Positions 7,801 through 17,337 are shown, counted from the first letter of the stretch. The stretch is 64,000 nt of DNA from Kiritimatiellia bacterium (GCA_017427485.1 JAFRSR010000121.1:5656-69655), one strand, 5' to 3'. The notes: a model not told the origin generated them from the sequence alone. Program-made: numbers and translations.

Positions 7801-10800
7801 GTCTTGACGAATGACTCGTCTGTCGTCGATGCCGTGTTGACGGACGCGAACGGACATTTCACGTTGACAGCAGATGATGCGGGCGATTATGCGGTGGACG
7901 TACGAGACGTGTTCTCGCATGCGCCTTGTATCGTCTCCCTTGCGGTCGGAGAGGACACTCCGGTCTCGCTGTCGGCGGTTCCGCTCTCTTCCGTGTCCGG
8001 CGTCGTGGGATATTCCGGCACGGCAGAAATCGCCGTCGGCGCGACCGTCGTGCTGGACGACCTCTCGACTGCCGATGCCGAGGACAGGGTTGCCGAGACG
8101 GACGAATCCGGCATGTACTCGTTCGGCGGACTCGCGGACGGCGAATACAGGCTGTCCCTCTATCCGTTCGAGGGCTACGCGCTTGTGGAATCGGATGCTT
8201 TCTCGGTTTCAAACGGAGTCCCCGTGTCGCGCAACCTCTCATACGGTGCGAAGGGGCGGGTTGTCTCCGGGGTCGTGGCGGATGTGGAAACCGGCGCCGT
8301 CGTGTCGAATGCGGTTGTGATGTTGTCGCGCGGAGGGACGAGTCTGGGCGTGACGACAGACGGAGGCGGGCGGTTCAAGTTCGACGGCATCGCCGCCGGA
8401 CGCTGGGGTTTGACCCTTGAGGCGCCGGCGCATCAGGTGGACGGGGTGTCCGAGATCGTAGTCGAGGACGGCGCAGGCGAACAGCGCATTGACATTCCGG
8501 CGCGCGCCAAATGTCCGTTTGCGGTGTTGCGTCCTGTGGGCATGGTTCCGCACAAGGCCACGTTCTCCGTTTTGCGCGAGGGAGTCGATTCGCTTGAATG
8601 GGATTTCGACGGCGACGGAGTCGCCGACTCAACCTCGGAGACGCCCGAGTGGACGTATTCTGCGGCTGGCACGTATTCGGTCGCGCTCTCCTATACGGAC
8701 GGCGACGGCGTACGGAGACGGTCGCAGTGGACGGATGCCGTGAAAGTTGTCGCGCCATTCGAGAACGTCCTCAAGCCGAACGGCGTACTGGTCTCGGAGG
8801 CGGACGGCGTCGCAGTCGAAAGCGTGTCTGAGACGGAACTCGCGCTTTCCGGTAGTCCGGTTTCGGCATGGGCTTCGCCGGGAACGGTGCTCGGCGCGGA
8901 GACTTCGTCGAAGGGCGGCTTCATCCGCCGCGTGGTTTCGTCCGAGAATCTGGGTGGCGGCCGCTGGCGATTCACGGTCGAGAAGGCGGGGCTGGCCGAT
9001 CTGTACGAGCAGTATTTCATGTCGGGCGACATTGCGCTGTCGGCGGCAAAGGCGAGAAAACTCATGGCGGCGCGGCTGGCCTCGGCCTCGCGCAGCGGCT
9101 CCGGCGAAGAGGTGTCGCACGGGGCGAAGGTGGTTGTTCCCGAGCGCGAGGCGGACAATTCGTTTACGCTGCCTACGCTTTCTTACACGCCTTTGTTCTC
9201 AGACGCTTCTGCGTCGATAACTGGTTCGTTCGAGGCGTGGAACGGCGATGCCGTCAAAGGAAGCTACGGGGCGTTGGTGTCCGAGGGACGGGTCTTGATG
9301 ACGTGGTACTCCGCCACCGACACCTACAAGGCGACGGTCACGGCGTCCGCCTCCTACACAAAGGACTGGACGAAGGGGTTGACGGGGAAGGAGCCGTTTT
9401 CAAAGACCTGGAATCAAAGTTGGGCCGACATTCCGATCGGATGGGGCTTTTCGCTCAGCCTCCAGACGGACGAAGACCTGAAGTTCTCGATCGAGGGGTC
9501 TGGCACCGTGACGGTCGAACAGTCTTTCATGGCGAGACGAACGCAGATGTTCTTTTTCGACGAGGACGGAGAACTTGACAGCTCCACGACGACAGACTGG
9601 GGGGCGACAACCTCCACGAAGAGGAGCATTGCGGGGTCGATTTCTCCCACTCTTGACGCGTCACTCACGCTGGGTCTGTATGGCTCGTTCGCCAAGTTTG
9701 TAGGCCGGGCTGGAGGCGGGCCGAAGGTCGGCGCAAAACTGTCGGTCACGCAGAGCTTGGGCATCGGGGTCGAGAATTCCTTCTCGGCGGGTTCGTCGGG
9801 AGTGGACTTTGACATGGCGCCGATTGTCGAGTCCAAGCTCGAGCTTGGATTCACCCCTTATGTCGGCGTCAACGTGTCCTGGAAATGGCTGAACATTCCC
9901 AAGGCGAAAAAATACGATGTCGATCTGCCGTTGAAGATGGAATGGCCGAACACGGCAAACGTGGGGAAGATGGGCATGTCAACTGCCGGAGACGGCCTGA
10001 CCGTGACGTTCACGGCGCAAAACCCGAAGATCGAGGCGACGGGCTGGATTTTCAAAGACCTGCTCGGTCTGGACGGCGTTGAAGTTCCCGCCGACAAGTT
10101 CTTGTGGGGGCTTGGGGACGGATCGCTTCTTCAGGAAGGGCGAACCGTTACACATACATACGCCAAGGAAGGCAGGTACAAGATTCGGCTGTTTGGCGAG
10201 TCTCCCATCCCAGCTACGCTGATTACGTACACGGGCAGCCCGTTCGTAAGGACGTCAGTGAAGTGGATCGAGGTATTCGACGACAAGCCGCCAGAGCCGC
10301 AGGACTCCGTAGACACCGGCAACAAGACCCCGAAGCAGTCGTGCGACCCGAACGAAATGGACGGGCCGGACGGTGTGGGCGAAGAACGCTACGTGAAACC
10401 CGGCGAGTGGATGACGTACACCGTCTATTTCGAGAACAAGTCCGACGCGGACGTCCCGGCGCAGGAGGTGCGCGTGACGAATCCGCTTTCCGAATGGCTC
10501 GACTGGAGTACGTTCGAGATGTGCGATATCGCTTTCTGCAACCAGGTCGAGACGGGTCTTGCCGGCAAGCAGAACGGGACAATCACTGTTGGTCAGAACG
10601 ATACTGCGTACAAGGTTCAGGCGACCGTCGCGCTTAATGGCGACAACGGGGTTGTAGAGTGGCATCTGCGGAGCTTGGACCCAGCGCGCGCCGACTTCAA
10701 CTACTGGCCGCCGGACGGCGAGGGCCTGCTGCCGCCCAACGACGCCACCCACCGCGGCGAGGGGCACCTCACCTACCGCGTCAAGGTGCGCGACGACGCG

Positions 10801-13131
10801 CCGGCGAACGTGAAGATCGTGAACAGCGCGACAATCGTGTTTGACTACAATGATCCAATTGAGACTGAACCCAACTGGACAAACACCGTTGCGCAGGTTG
10901 CGAGCGTGAAGGTCAACGGCGATGTTGAAGGGGAAGTGGCGGATCTCGATCTGATCGTCGGCATGCCGTATGGCGAGCTGCCCACGCCAAAGGCGCGGGC
11001 GGGGCACACCTTTGCCGGGTGGTACACCGGGCCGAGCGGCACGGGGCGGCGCGTGACGGCGCAGTCGCTCGTGGAGCCTGGCGACAGCCGTCTGTACGCC
11101 TATTGGCTTGCGCACGCCTACACGGTTCACTTCGAGCCCAACGGCGGAGAGGGGACGATGAGCGACCAGGCGTTTGAGTTCGACAAGGAGGACGAGCTTG
11201 ATGCCAACGCATTCACGCGGAAATTCTACCTGTTCACGGGTTGGGCCACGAACGAGACGGGCGAGGCTGTGTTTGGGGACAGCGCGGTTGTCACGAACCT
11301 CACGGCCATTGACCACAGCACGGTGACGCTCTATGCGACATGGCGATACAACGCCGTCGAGGTGTCGTTCGACGCGCAGGGCGGGACGCCCGTCCCGGCG
11401 AACAGCCTGTACGAACTGGACGCACCGTACGGTGAGTTGCCGGAGCTCACGCGCAGCGGCTTTACCTTCGGCGGATGGTACACCGGGCCGAACGGCACGG
11501 GGCGGCGCGTGACGGTTCAAGACCATGCGCAGGCGGATGTCACGAAACTGTACGCGCACTGGCTCGCGCACGCCTACACCGTGCGGTTCCATGCCAACGG
11601 CGGCACCGGGCTGATGAGCGACCAGGCGTTTGAGTTCGACAAGCCTACGGCACTCGATGCCAACGCCTTTACGCGGCAGGGGTTCTCCTTCGCGGGCTGG
11701 GCCACGAACGCGACGGGCGTGGCGGTCTACGCCGACGGCGTTGAGGTGAGAAACCTCACGGATGTCGATGGCGGCGTGGTGACGCTCTACGCCACGTGGA
11801 CGGTCAACTCCTACACCGTCACGTTCGACGCGAACGGCGGTGTGGGCGGCTGGAGCCGTGAGATGGAATACGGCGCGGAGATCCATGCGCCTACGGTGAC
11901 GCGCGAGGGCTACACCTTCGCGGGTTGGCAGCCCGTGCTACTCGGGACCGTTCCGGCGAACGACGTGACGTTCACGGCGCAGTGGGAGATCAGCGAGATC
12001 GTCAAGCCGGACCCTGGGCCAGAGCCCGATCCCGAGCCGGTCGCGGAGGAGACGCCGCGTCTGTGGACCGAGGTGACGGGCGCGGCGCCGTCGGCGGCCA
12101 CGACCTACGAGGGTTATCTCTACGACGCCAGCGGGAACGTGAAGGGCACGATCCAGGTGAAGGTGGGCAAGCCCAACAAGAAGACCGGTCTCGCCGCCGT
12201 GAAGGCGACGGTGATCGGGACGGACGGCAAGAAGAAGACGCTCAAGGCGGCCGAGAAGGGCAAGGCGCAGATCGCGGGTGACGGCCCGACCACGATTCCG
12301 CTTGCGGGCGGAGACGCCTGCGAGGTGATCCTCGGCGCGAAGGGCATGGGCGGCACGTATGGCGCGTATGTGATCGACGGCTCGCTGAACGTGTTCGCGT
12401 CGAAGGACGCGGCGGACAAGTCCGTCGCGGCGGGAGTGCTCGGCAAGTGGAAGGGCACGGTGAACGTGGCGTGGCGGCTCGTCGGGGACGGCTCGCCCTA
12501 CCAGACGCTGTCGGTGACCATCGCCGCCAAGGGCAAGGCGAAGGTGGCCGGGACGCTCGCGGACGGGACGAAGGTGAGCGCGAAGGGGCAGCTGGTCGTG
12601 GGAGAGGAATGGTGCTGCGTGCCGGTGGTGGTGGCCAAGAAGGCGAAGCTCGCGTTTGCGGTGTGGTTGCCGTTGAACGAGAAAGCCGCCGGGACGGCGG
12701 CTCCCCATGGTGCGGCCGCTCCGGTAGTGGTCGGGCTTGACGATGCGATTGCGGGGAAGCCGGGGACGTTGAAGGCCGGGGCGGCGTTCAGGCTGGGCGG
12801 CGAGATGGGCGATGCCACGTACGAGGCCTACTTGCCGAACGGCGTGCCGGTGACGGGCGGCGCGAAGTGGACGCTGCCGAAGGCCGGCAAGGTGCAGCAG
12901 GCGAAGGACGGCACCGTGGACGCGGCGAAGCTGGGCGAGAATCCCTCCGCGCTGAAGCTCACGTACAAGGCGAAGGACGGGACGTTCAAGGGCTCGTTCA
13001 AGGCGTATGCGGACGTGGGCGGGAAGCCGAAGGGGACGACGGTGAAGGTGACGGGCGTGTTGGTGGGGGGCACGGGGTATGGCGCCGCGACGGTGAAGGG
13101 CGGCGGCGGTGTGGCCGTGACGGTGGAGTGA
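4840..13131 (+). CDS. Giant secreted multidomain surface protein (beta-helix-like region, CARDB/Ig-like, carboxypeptidase-regulatory-like, PKD, InlB B-repeats)
   Basis: 2763 aa with signal peptide. Motifs DPLFVD..GDFRI...SPCVDAG...DIGIYE, PDLAV, WDFDGDG and SCDPNEM. Repeated YTVxFxxNGG...GYTFAGW units and a PDPGPEPDPEP linker. Confidence 0.85.
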   Translation: MKRMSMFLFAAVAANAILPARGGDSAPFLLDTADGTRIATEGEAIPIAYSPRWGNAASCTVTESGRAALVAAATSEGTTTWTPQGTGGHTLTHTAGSTTYTAQFAVLGDDVETHGGTILSNETWGTNKVHLVVAPITLGDNDFSHFYRLEIQSGAIVKFMPGTGLSIESNAYCSASGAIFTHVNDDTIGGDTLMDGDSTSPVIDDYAVSNMLSWDDTIEFRYRTDPNVTLSGTISSGETWRGHNIYCVTGNLTVASGATLTIMPGAIVKFAEGKSLTVNSGAMLTLQSGTILKFGTGCSLTVNGFLDAQGTRAAPIVFTSLKDDAHGGDTNGDGEKTYAQAGDWYQISVPGTANFNYCHVLYNSSTENTGAIDARGGTVNFDNSEIAHTKYECVNAHNSGYFTARNSIFRDSSLGFGYYGSGRVKAYNCVFADLTAGIRQSGKTLVNCVFYRCLAFTDQSGDGSTFKNCVFYNPSGYGAQSYSKCGSNGNIWDDPLFVDPDNGDFRIAANSPCVDAGDGTVAPATDYWGQPRMDVKAVADTGTPNSDGVCPDIGIYEVPGTAPVPLPDLAVVSVATSATLPLAPGDSLAVTYTVTNRGAAAVSGLVRDLFRFTGADAATAGLTVDAAEIEQAYSVPTGGCATLTATVTVPMLKAGKWKVGVMVNSGRVPYEAVIANNFAEADEMITVAVEPFAVGESKDVEIPVGGVVGAAVVGLPATGGAIVAALPKGVVFYASAGYVPDETRHDAAGVLLADGRTALFIPAHEEGETVYVTLVNDSRAAQTVALAALASGDGLEVAKPADVAVTAKGPKVTAKLVLPESVRDGRVYAAWVEYSNSGDEDAELPIFTVSRTGGGATLSATAKGTYSANPLSLVGLAPSAPRGKLKPGEAGRVAFYFMSSGNLSLKLGMVTEKSTSVLNGFATVAEYRAGMSAAATRLCARGGAEPGFTEVLAQALNEKRGAGGAAVCGTLRHSATKMPMTGVEVHLVLTNDSSVVDAVLTDANGHFTLTADDAGDYAVDVRDVFSHAPCIVSLAVGEDTPVSLSAVPLSSVSGVVGYSGTAEIAVGATVVLDDLSTADAEDRVAETDESGMYSFGGLADGEYRLSLYPFEGYALVESDAFSVSNGVPVSRNLSYGAKGRVVSGVVADVETGAVVSNAVVMLSRGGTSLGVTTDGGGRFKFDGIAAGRWGLTLEAPAHQVDGVSEIVVEDGAGEQRIDIPARAKCPFAVLRPVGMVPHKATFSVLREGVDSLEWDFDGDGVADSTSETPEWTYSAAGTYSVALSYTDGDGVRRRSQWTDAVKVVAPFENVLKPNGVLVSEADGVAVESVSETELALSGSPVSAWASPGTVLGAETSSKGGFIRRVVSSENLGGGRWRFTVEKAGLADLYEQYFMSGDIALSAAKARKLMAARLASASRSGSGEEVSHGAKVVVPEREADNSFTLPTLSYTPLFSDASASITGSFEAWNGDAVKGSYGALVSEGRVLMTWYSATDTYKATVTASASYTKDWTKGLTGKEPFSKTWNQSWADIPIGWGFSLSLQTDEDLKFSIEGSGTVTVEQSFMARRTQMFFFDEDGELDSSTTTDWGATTSTKRSIAGSISPTLDASLTLGLYGSFAKFVGRAGGGPKVGAKLSVTQSLGIGVENSFSAGSSGVDFDMAPIVESKLELGFTPYVGVNVSWKWLNIPKAKKYDVDLPLKMEWPNTANVGKMGMSTAGDGLTVTFTAQNPKIEATGWIFKDLLGLDGVEVPADKFLWGLGDGSLLQEGRTVTHTYAKEGRYKIRLFGESPIPATLITYTGSPFVRTSVKWIEVFDDKPPEPQDSVDTGNKTPKQSCDPNEMDGPDGVGEERYVKPGEWMTYTVYFENKSDADVPAQEVRVTNPLSEWLDWSTFEMCDIAFCNQVETGLAGKQNGTITVGQNDTAYKVQATVALNGDNGVVEWHLRSLDPARADFNYWPPDGEGLLPPNDATHRGEGHLTYRVKVRDDAPANVKIVNSATIVFDYNDPIETEPNWTNTVAQVASVKVNGDVEGEVADLDLIVGMPYGELPTPKARAGHTFAGWYTGPSGTGRRVTAQSLVEPGDSRLYAYWLAHAYTVHFEPNGGEGTMSDQAFEFDKEDELDANAFTRKFYLFTGWATNETGEAVFGDSAVVTNLTAIDHSTVTLYATWRYNAVEVSFDAQGGTPVPANSLYELDAPYGELPELTRSGFTFGGWYTGPNGTGRRVTVQDHAQADVTKLYAHWLAHAYTVRFHANGGTGLMSDQAFEFDKPTALDANAFTRQGFSFAGWATNATGVAVYADGVEVRNLTDVDGGVVTLYATWTVNSYTVTFDANGGVGGWSREMEYGAEIHAPTVTREGYTFAGWQPVLLGTVPANDVTFTAQWEISEIVKPDPGPEPDPEPVAEETPRLWTEVTGAAPSAATTYEGYLYDASGNVKGTIQVKVGKPNKKTGLAAVKATVIGTDGKKKTLKAAEKGKAQIAGDGPTTIPLAGGDACEVILGAKGMGGTYGAYVIDGSLNVFASKDAADKSVAAGVLGKWKGTVNVAWRLVGDGSPYQTLSVTIAAKGKAKVAGTLADGTKVSAKGQLVVGEEWCCVPVVVAKKAKLAFAVWLPLNEKAAGTAAPHGAAAPVVVGLDDAIAGKPGTLKAGAAFRLGGEMGDATYEAYLPNGVPVTGGAKWTLPKAGKVQQAKDGTVDAAKLGENPSALKLTYKAKDGTFKGSFKAYADVGGKPKGTTVKVTGVLVGGTGYGAATVKGGGGVAVTVE

Positions 13132-13139
13132 GGGGGCGG

Positions 13140-13397
13140 CGCGGGGGGTGCGGTCGCGACGGAGCGCGGCCCTCCCCGAATTGTCGCCGCCAAGATGGCG
13201 GCTCTCCATGCGGCCGCGACGGAGCGCGGCCCTCCCCGTTGCGGGCGCGCAGGAGGGGCGTGATGCCGTATGGGGAGCCGCCATCTTGGCGGCGTCTGCT
13301 GCGGATACAGCCGCCGGGACGGCGGCTCCCCATGTTGCGGCGCGTCCTGTTTTCCGCACGATTCGCAGATGCGCCCCAAACGAAACGAGAAACTGCC
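13140..13397. repeat. REP cluster (GGAG-type units) plus copy 2 of the 140-bp direct repeat (13258-13397)
   Basis: Two gcgg(t/c)cgcgacggagcgcggccctccc units, then a near-identical copy of 1032-1171. Confidence 0.9.
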
Positions 13398-13421
13398 GCG
13401 GATGCGCCCCTCCCGTGGTGC

Positions 13422-13450
13422 TTGACAGACGGAAAGGGGTCTGCGATAAT
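13422..13450 (+). promoter_or_regulatory. Sigma70-type promoter
   Basis: TTGACA-17nt-GATAAT upstream of the 13492 gene. Confidence 0.65.
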
Positions 13451-13491
13451 ACGCACGGCTTGTGGAAAGAAGCCGTTAAGGAGAAAATGTC

Positions 13492-16400
13492 ATGTCAAAG
13501 ATTCGTTCAAGAATGAAGCACGTTTTCACGTTTCTGGTTGCGGTGGCCGCGCTCGCGGCGTCCGCGTACTTGCCGCCCGTTGAGGAGCGGTGTGGGGTGA
13601 AGGTGGAGATCGGGTCGTTCCCGCAGAAGATCGAGCGGAACAACAAGAACCCGTTCGCCTGGCCGCTCGGCGTCACCGAGGTGGAGGCCGGCGCGCCGCG
13701 TTCCTTCCCCGTGACGCTGGAGAACAAGACGGACAAGTCCGTCTCCGGCGAGCTGGAGGTGTGGATGAACGACGACTGGGACGTGGCGGGTCCGCAGGGT
13801 CCCATTACGCTCGCGCCTGGGGAGAAGAAGGAACTGTCGTACACGGGCACGTCGCGTCCGCGCGCGCTCAACGCCCTCTATCCCGTCCACGCGCGCTTCA
13901 CGCCCGCGGGCGCGAAGAAGGAGGACGCGCCGCACCCGATCGCGATCTTCATGTACAAGAATCCCAACGCGCCGCGTCCCGTACGGAAGTCCCCGCAGCC
14001 TAAGCTCGCCCCCGGCGCGTTCAGTCTCGACGCCGGCTTCGCGCGCACGACATTCATCGAGGTGAAGGGCAAGGTGATGGCCGTCGATGCAGACGGCGCG
14101 CCGAAGGAATGGGGTGCCCACATGACGAAGGGGCGTCCTTCCCCGCGCGGCGAGGCGAAGGCCGGCTTCAACACGCACCCACCCTACAAGAAGGGCGCGG
14201 GGTTCATCTGGAGCGACTTCCCGCTGGATCTGCCGGCCGTGACGCCGCTCGCGTTCTCCTGCTCCAACTTCCTTGTGGACAACCACGGCCAGCCGCCGTC
14301 CGACGGTGCCGAGTACAAGGTGTTCGTGGTTGAGGAGGGACGCGAGCCGCAGCTCGTCTGCTCGCAGACCGTGAAGGACATACTCACGTGGCAGGACATG
14401 TCGGGCGACCTCTCGCCGTGGGCGGGTAAGAAGATCACGCTTCGTCTCTGGACGGGTCCCGGCCCGAAGATGAACACGTGCTGCGACGGCGGCGGCTGGG
14501 GCGACGTGAAGCTGCTGGTGGGCCCGCAGCCGAAGACGCCGGATGAGTCCGACTGGACGGCGCGCGGCGCGTCGGCGCTCGCGGCCGCGAAGGCGGCGCG
14601 CACGGCGGGGACGGACGCGGCGGCGGGGCGTTGGCGTCTGGAGGCGAACGGTGTCGTGTACGGCGCGGGCGTGGCGTATGGAGCGCGCGGGCTCATCGAC
14701 GGCGCGCTCGCGTTCACGGACGGCGAGAAGTCGGTCGTGTTCCGCGGCTTCACCGCGAAGGTGGCGACGGACGACGGTGCGCCGCCGCCCGAGGCAAAGG
14801 CCACGATCCGCGAGGAAAAGGGCACGCTGCGCGTTTCCTGGTCAATTCCCGGCGTGACGCGCAACGCGGCCGGGTTTCCGCGCATCGTCGACCTCGCGGT
14901 CGGCCCCGCCTCCGAGACACCGTATCGCGTCTACATGGGATTCGGCAACGTCGTGGAGGGACCGAAGAAGTTCTCGCTCCACGCGAACGGGTTCGGACTC
15001 TCCACGCGCCACGTGGGCGCGGACTACGCGAACGGGCTGTCCGTGGTGCAGGCCGTGGACGTGGTGCAGGACTCGGTGAGCTGCGACGGAGAGAAGAACC
15101 TCTTCGCGCTCCACGCGCACCATGACGCGACGTTCACGTTCGTGCCCTCGTCGAAGGGCTCGTTCGAGGCGGGACGCCGGTTCCGCGCCGTGGCGGGCTA
15201 CAAGGCGAGCCCCGGACGCGCCGCGCTCGGCTCGCGCATGTGCCTCGACCAGTGGGGGGGCGACTACGCCAAGGCGGCGGAGGGCCTGGCGAAGGCGGCG
15301 AAGTACGGTCTGAACGACTCGATCTTCGTGAAGCACGCCTGGCAGCGCTGGGGGTACGACTACCGTCTGCCGGAGATCTATCCGCCGGCCGGCGACCCGG
15401 CGGCGTTCGGCGCGATGCGCGACGCGTGCCGCGCCGGGGGCATGCTCTTCTGTCCGCACGACAACTACACGGACATCTACCCCGACTGCGACGGCTACAC
15501 CTACGACCTCACGGTGTTCAACCTCGACGGCACGCCGCAGCTCGCGTGGTTCAACCCCGGACGCCACGCGCGCTCCTACCGCTGGGCGCCGCACGCGTTC
15601 CACCCGTGGTGCCTCCGCAACGCGAAGCTGCTGAAGGAGGGATACGACCCCGACGCGATCTTCATCGACGTCTTCACGGCGCACGGTCCGTTCGACTACA
15701 TCGACCGCGAAGGGCGCTTCCACTCGAAGAACGAGACCTCGGCGAGCTGGGGACGTGGCTTCGAGATGTACAGGCAGGGTTTCCAGCGTCCCGACACGGT
15801 GTGCGTGAGCGAGGCCGGTCAGGACCACCTCGTGGGCATCGCGGACGCCGGGCAGAGCGACCACTTCGGCGCGCCGAAGGTGCTGGGCCGGGGGAACTTC
15901 GCGGACAGCGAGCGCACGCCGTGGCACGACATCGCGACGCACAACTACTACGTGCTCTTCGCGGGCGGGCTCGGCGGACGCTACCAGGAGGAGGACGGCT
16001 GGCACAAGGGCGGTGACGCGGAGCTGCACGGCTACGCCTCCGACGACTACCTCTCCAACGGCATCATCGGCGGACGCAACCCGATGTGCGACGGACCGTT
16101 CTCGCGCAACGCGGTGAAGACCTACTGGCTCCAGCACGATGCGTGCGCCGAGCTCGGGAGCGCCGAGTTCCTCGACCTGAAGTACGAGGGCAACATCCAC
16201 TGCCAGCATTCCTTCTTCTCCGACGGCGGGGAGGTGTGGGCCAACCGCCAGACGAACGCGACGTGGCGTCTGCCGAACGGCATCGTACTGCCACCCTACG
16301 GCTACTACGCGCGCACGCGCAACACGGCGAGCGGCGTGGTGGAGAAGGACGGCGTGCGCTGTGCCTTCGCGAAGTCGCCGAAGGGCATCTTCATCGACGC

Positions 16401-17148
16401 GCGCAAGCCGTCCTTACGGCGCGCCTACGGCGCCGTCACGTATCCGCTGCGCGCCGAAGCCGTCGCGCCCGACCGCCTGCGTCTCCACGTGTCGTGGGAG
16501 ATGACGCGCCCGGCGCCCGACTACCAGCCGTTCGTGCACATCTGCAATGAGGAAACGGATCACGAGGGCATCGTGTTCCAGTGCGGCATGGCGCGCGCGA
16601 AGGAAATGTTCGCGAAGGCCGGCAAGTACGAGACGTTCATTGACCTGGCCGTGCCGGCCGGCACGGTTGCCGGCACCTACCGGGTGCGCTACGGCGCGTG
16701 GTGTCCGAAGGGCGGCCACCGCCTTCCGCTCGGCGGCGCGCCGACGGACGGCGGCAGCCGCATCAAGGGCGGCACGATCGAGGTGGCGCGCGCGGACGGC
16801 AGGATCTCCGGCGTCACGTGGAAGCCCGAGGGCTCGCCCGACGAGGCGGCGGCGCGCGACCGTTTGCTTGGCGTGAACCGCGCGGGACGCGCCGTGCAGT
16901 TCGCCGGCTTGAAGACGGACGGCACGTTCCGCTTCGCGGACTGGACGATCACGCCGCTTCCGGACACCGACGCCTTCTCCGCCGAGATCGACCTCGCCGC
17001 GTTCAGCGCGGCGGGCCGCACGGTGGCCGGCGTGGACATGGTTGATCCGGAAGACGGCGCCGCTGCGCCGACCTGGAGCCAGACGGGCAACGTCCTCAAG
17101 GTCGCCTGCGACGCGAAGTCCTTCGCCTACCGCATCCGCCTGCGCTAG
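13492..17148 (+). CDS. Large secreted putative glycoside hydrolase (CBM-like domain plus DUF5696/GH129-like barrel)
   Basis: Signal peptide. NPCBM-like segment (HPPY...SDG...LRL.TGPGP). Barrel-like core WQRWGYDYRLP...HDNYTDIYP...IFIDVF...SEAG. Family assignment is tentative. Confidence 0.55.
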   Translation: MSKIRSRMKHVFTFLVAVAALAASAYLPPVEERCGVKVEIGSFPQKIERNNKNPFAWPLGVTEVEAGAPRSFPVTLENKTDKSVSGELEVWMNDDWDVAGPQGPITLAPGEKKELSYTGTSRPRALNALYPVHARFTPAGAKKEDAPHPIAIFMYKNPNAPRPVRKSPQPKLAPGAFSLDAGFARTTFIEVKGKVMAVDADGAPKEWGAHMTKGRPSPRGEAKAGFNTHPPYKKGAGFIWSDFPLDLPAVTPLAFSCSNFLVDNHGQPPSDGAEYKVFVVEEGREPQLVCSQTVKDILTWQDMSGDLSPWAGKKITLRLWTGPGPKMNTCCDGGGWGDVKLLVGPQPKTPDESDWTARGASALAAAKAARTAGTDAAAGRWRLEANGVVYGAGVAYGARGLIDGALAFTDGEKSVVFRGFTAKVATDDGAPPPEAKATIREEKGTLRVSWSIPGVTRNAAGFPRIVDLAVGPASETPYRVYMGFGNVVEGPKKFSLHANGFGLSTRHVGADYANGLSVVQAVDVVQDSVSCDGEKNLFALHAHHDATFTFVPSSKGSFEAGRRFRAVAGYKASPGRAALGSRMCLDQWGGDYAKAAEGLAKAAKYGLNDSIFVKHAWQRWGYDYRLPEIYPPAGDPAAFGAMRDACRAGGMLFCPHDNYTDIYPDCDGYTYDLTVFNLDGTPQLAWFNPGRHARSYRWAPHAFHPWCLRNAKLLKEGYDPDAIFIDVFTAHGPFDYIDREGRFHSKNETSASWGRGFEMYRQGFQRPDTVCVSEAGQDHLVGIADAGQSDHFGAPKVLGRGNFADSERTPWHDIATHNYYVLFAGGLGGRYQEEDGWHKGGDAELHGYASDDYLSNGIIGGRNPMCDGPFSRNAVKTYWLQHDACAELGSAEFLDLKYEGNIHCQHSFFSDGGEVWANRQTNATWRLPNGIVLPPYGYYARTRNTASGVVEKDGVRCAFAKSPKGIFIDARKPSLRRAYGAVTYPLRAEAVAPDRLRLHVSWEMTRPAPDYQPFVHICNEETDHEGIVFQCGMARAKEMFAKAGKYETFIDLAVPAGTVAGTYRVRYGAWCPKGGHRLPLGGAPTDGGSRIKGGTIEVARADGRISGVTWKPEGSPDEAAARDRLLGVNRAGRAVQFAGLKTDGTFRFADWTITPLPDTDAFSAEIDLAAFSAAGRTVAGVDMVDPEDGAAAPTWSQTGNVLKVACDAKSFAYRIRLR

Positions 17149-17210
17149 GCCCTTGGCTTTGGAAGGGCGCATCCGCGAATCGTGCGGGGTGGTAGATTGT
17201 ACGCCGAGTC

Positions 17211-17265
17211 TGGTAGGGGCACGCGTCCCGCGTGCCCGCGGTCGCGCGGGACGCGCGATCCTACC
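17211..17265. repeat. GTAG REP doublet
   Basis: tGGTAGgggcacgcgtcccgcgtgccc ... gtcgcgcgggacgcgcgatcCTACC. Confidence 0.8.
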
Positions 17266-17274
17266 GGCATGGAA

Positions 17275-17337
17275 ATGGTTACTCAATTGATAGTAACGAA
17301 GTCTTTTTGATGAAATCTTCGCCGACCGCGCGGCCGA
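17275..17337 (-). pseudogene. Duplicated 3' end of the patatin gene (direct repeat of 28363-28425)
   Basis: 52/63 identity by manual alignment. Translates on the minus strand to GRAVGEDFIKKTSLLSIE*, versus the patatin C-terminus GHAAGEDFVKKTPALSIE*. Confidence 0.85.

Noticed and set aside
14514-14521. E. coli Chi site GCTGGTGG near recBCD
   Set aside because: Expected by chance from Leu-Val codons in GC-rich DNA, and Chi sequences are species-specific.
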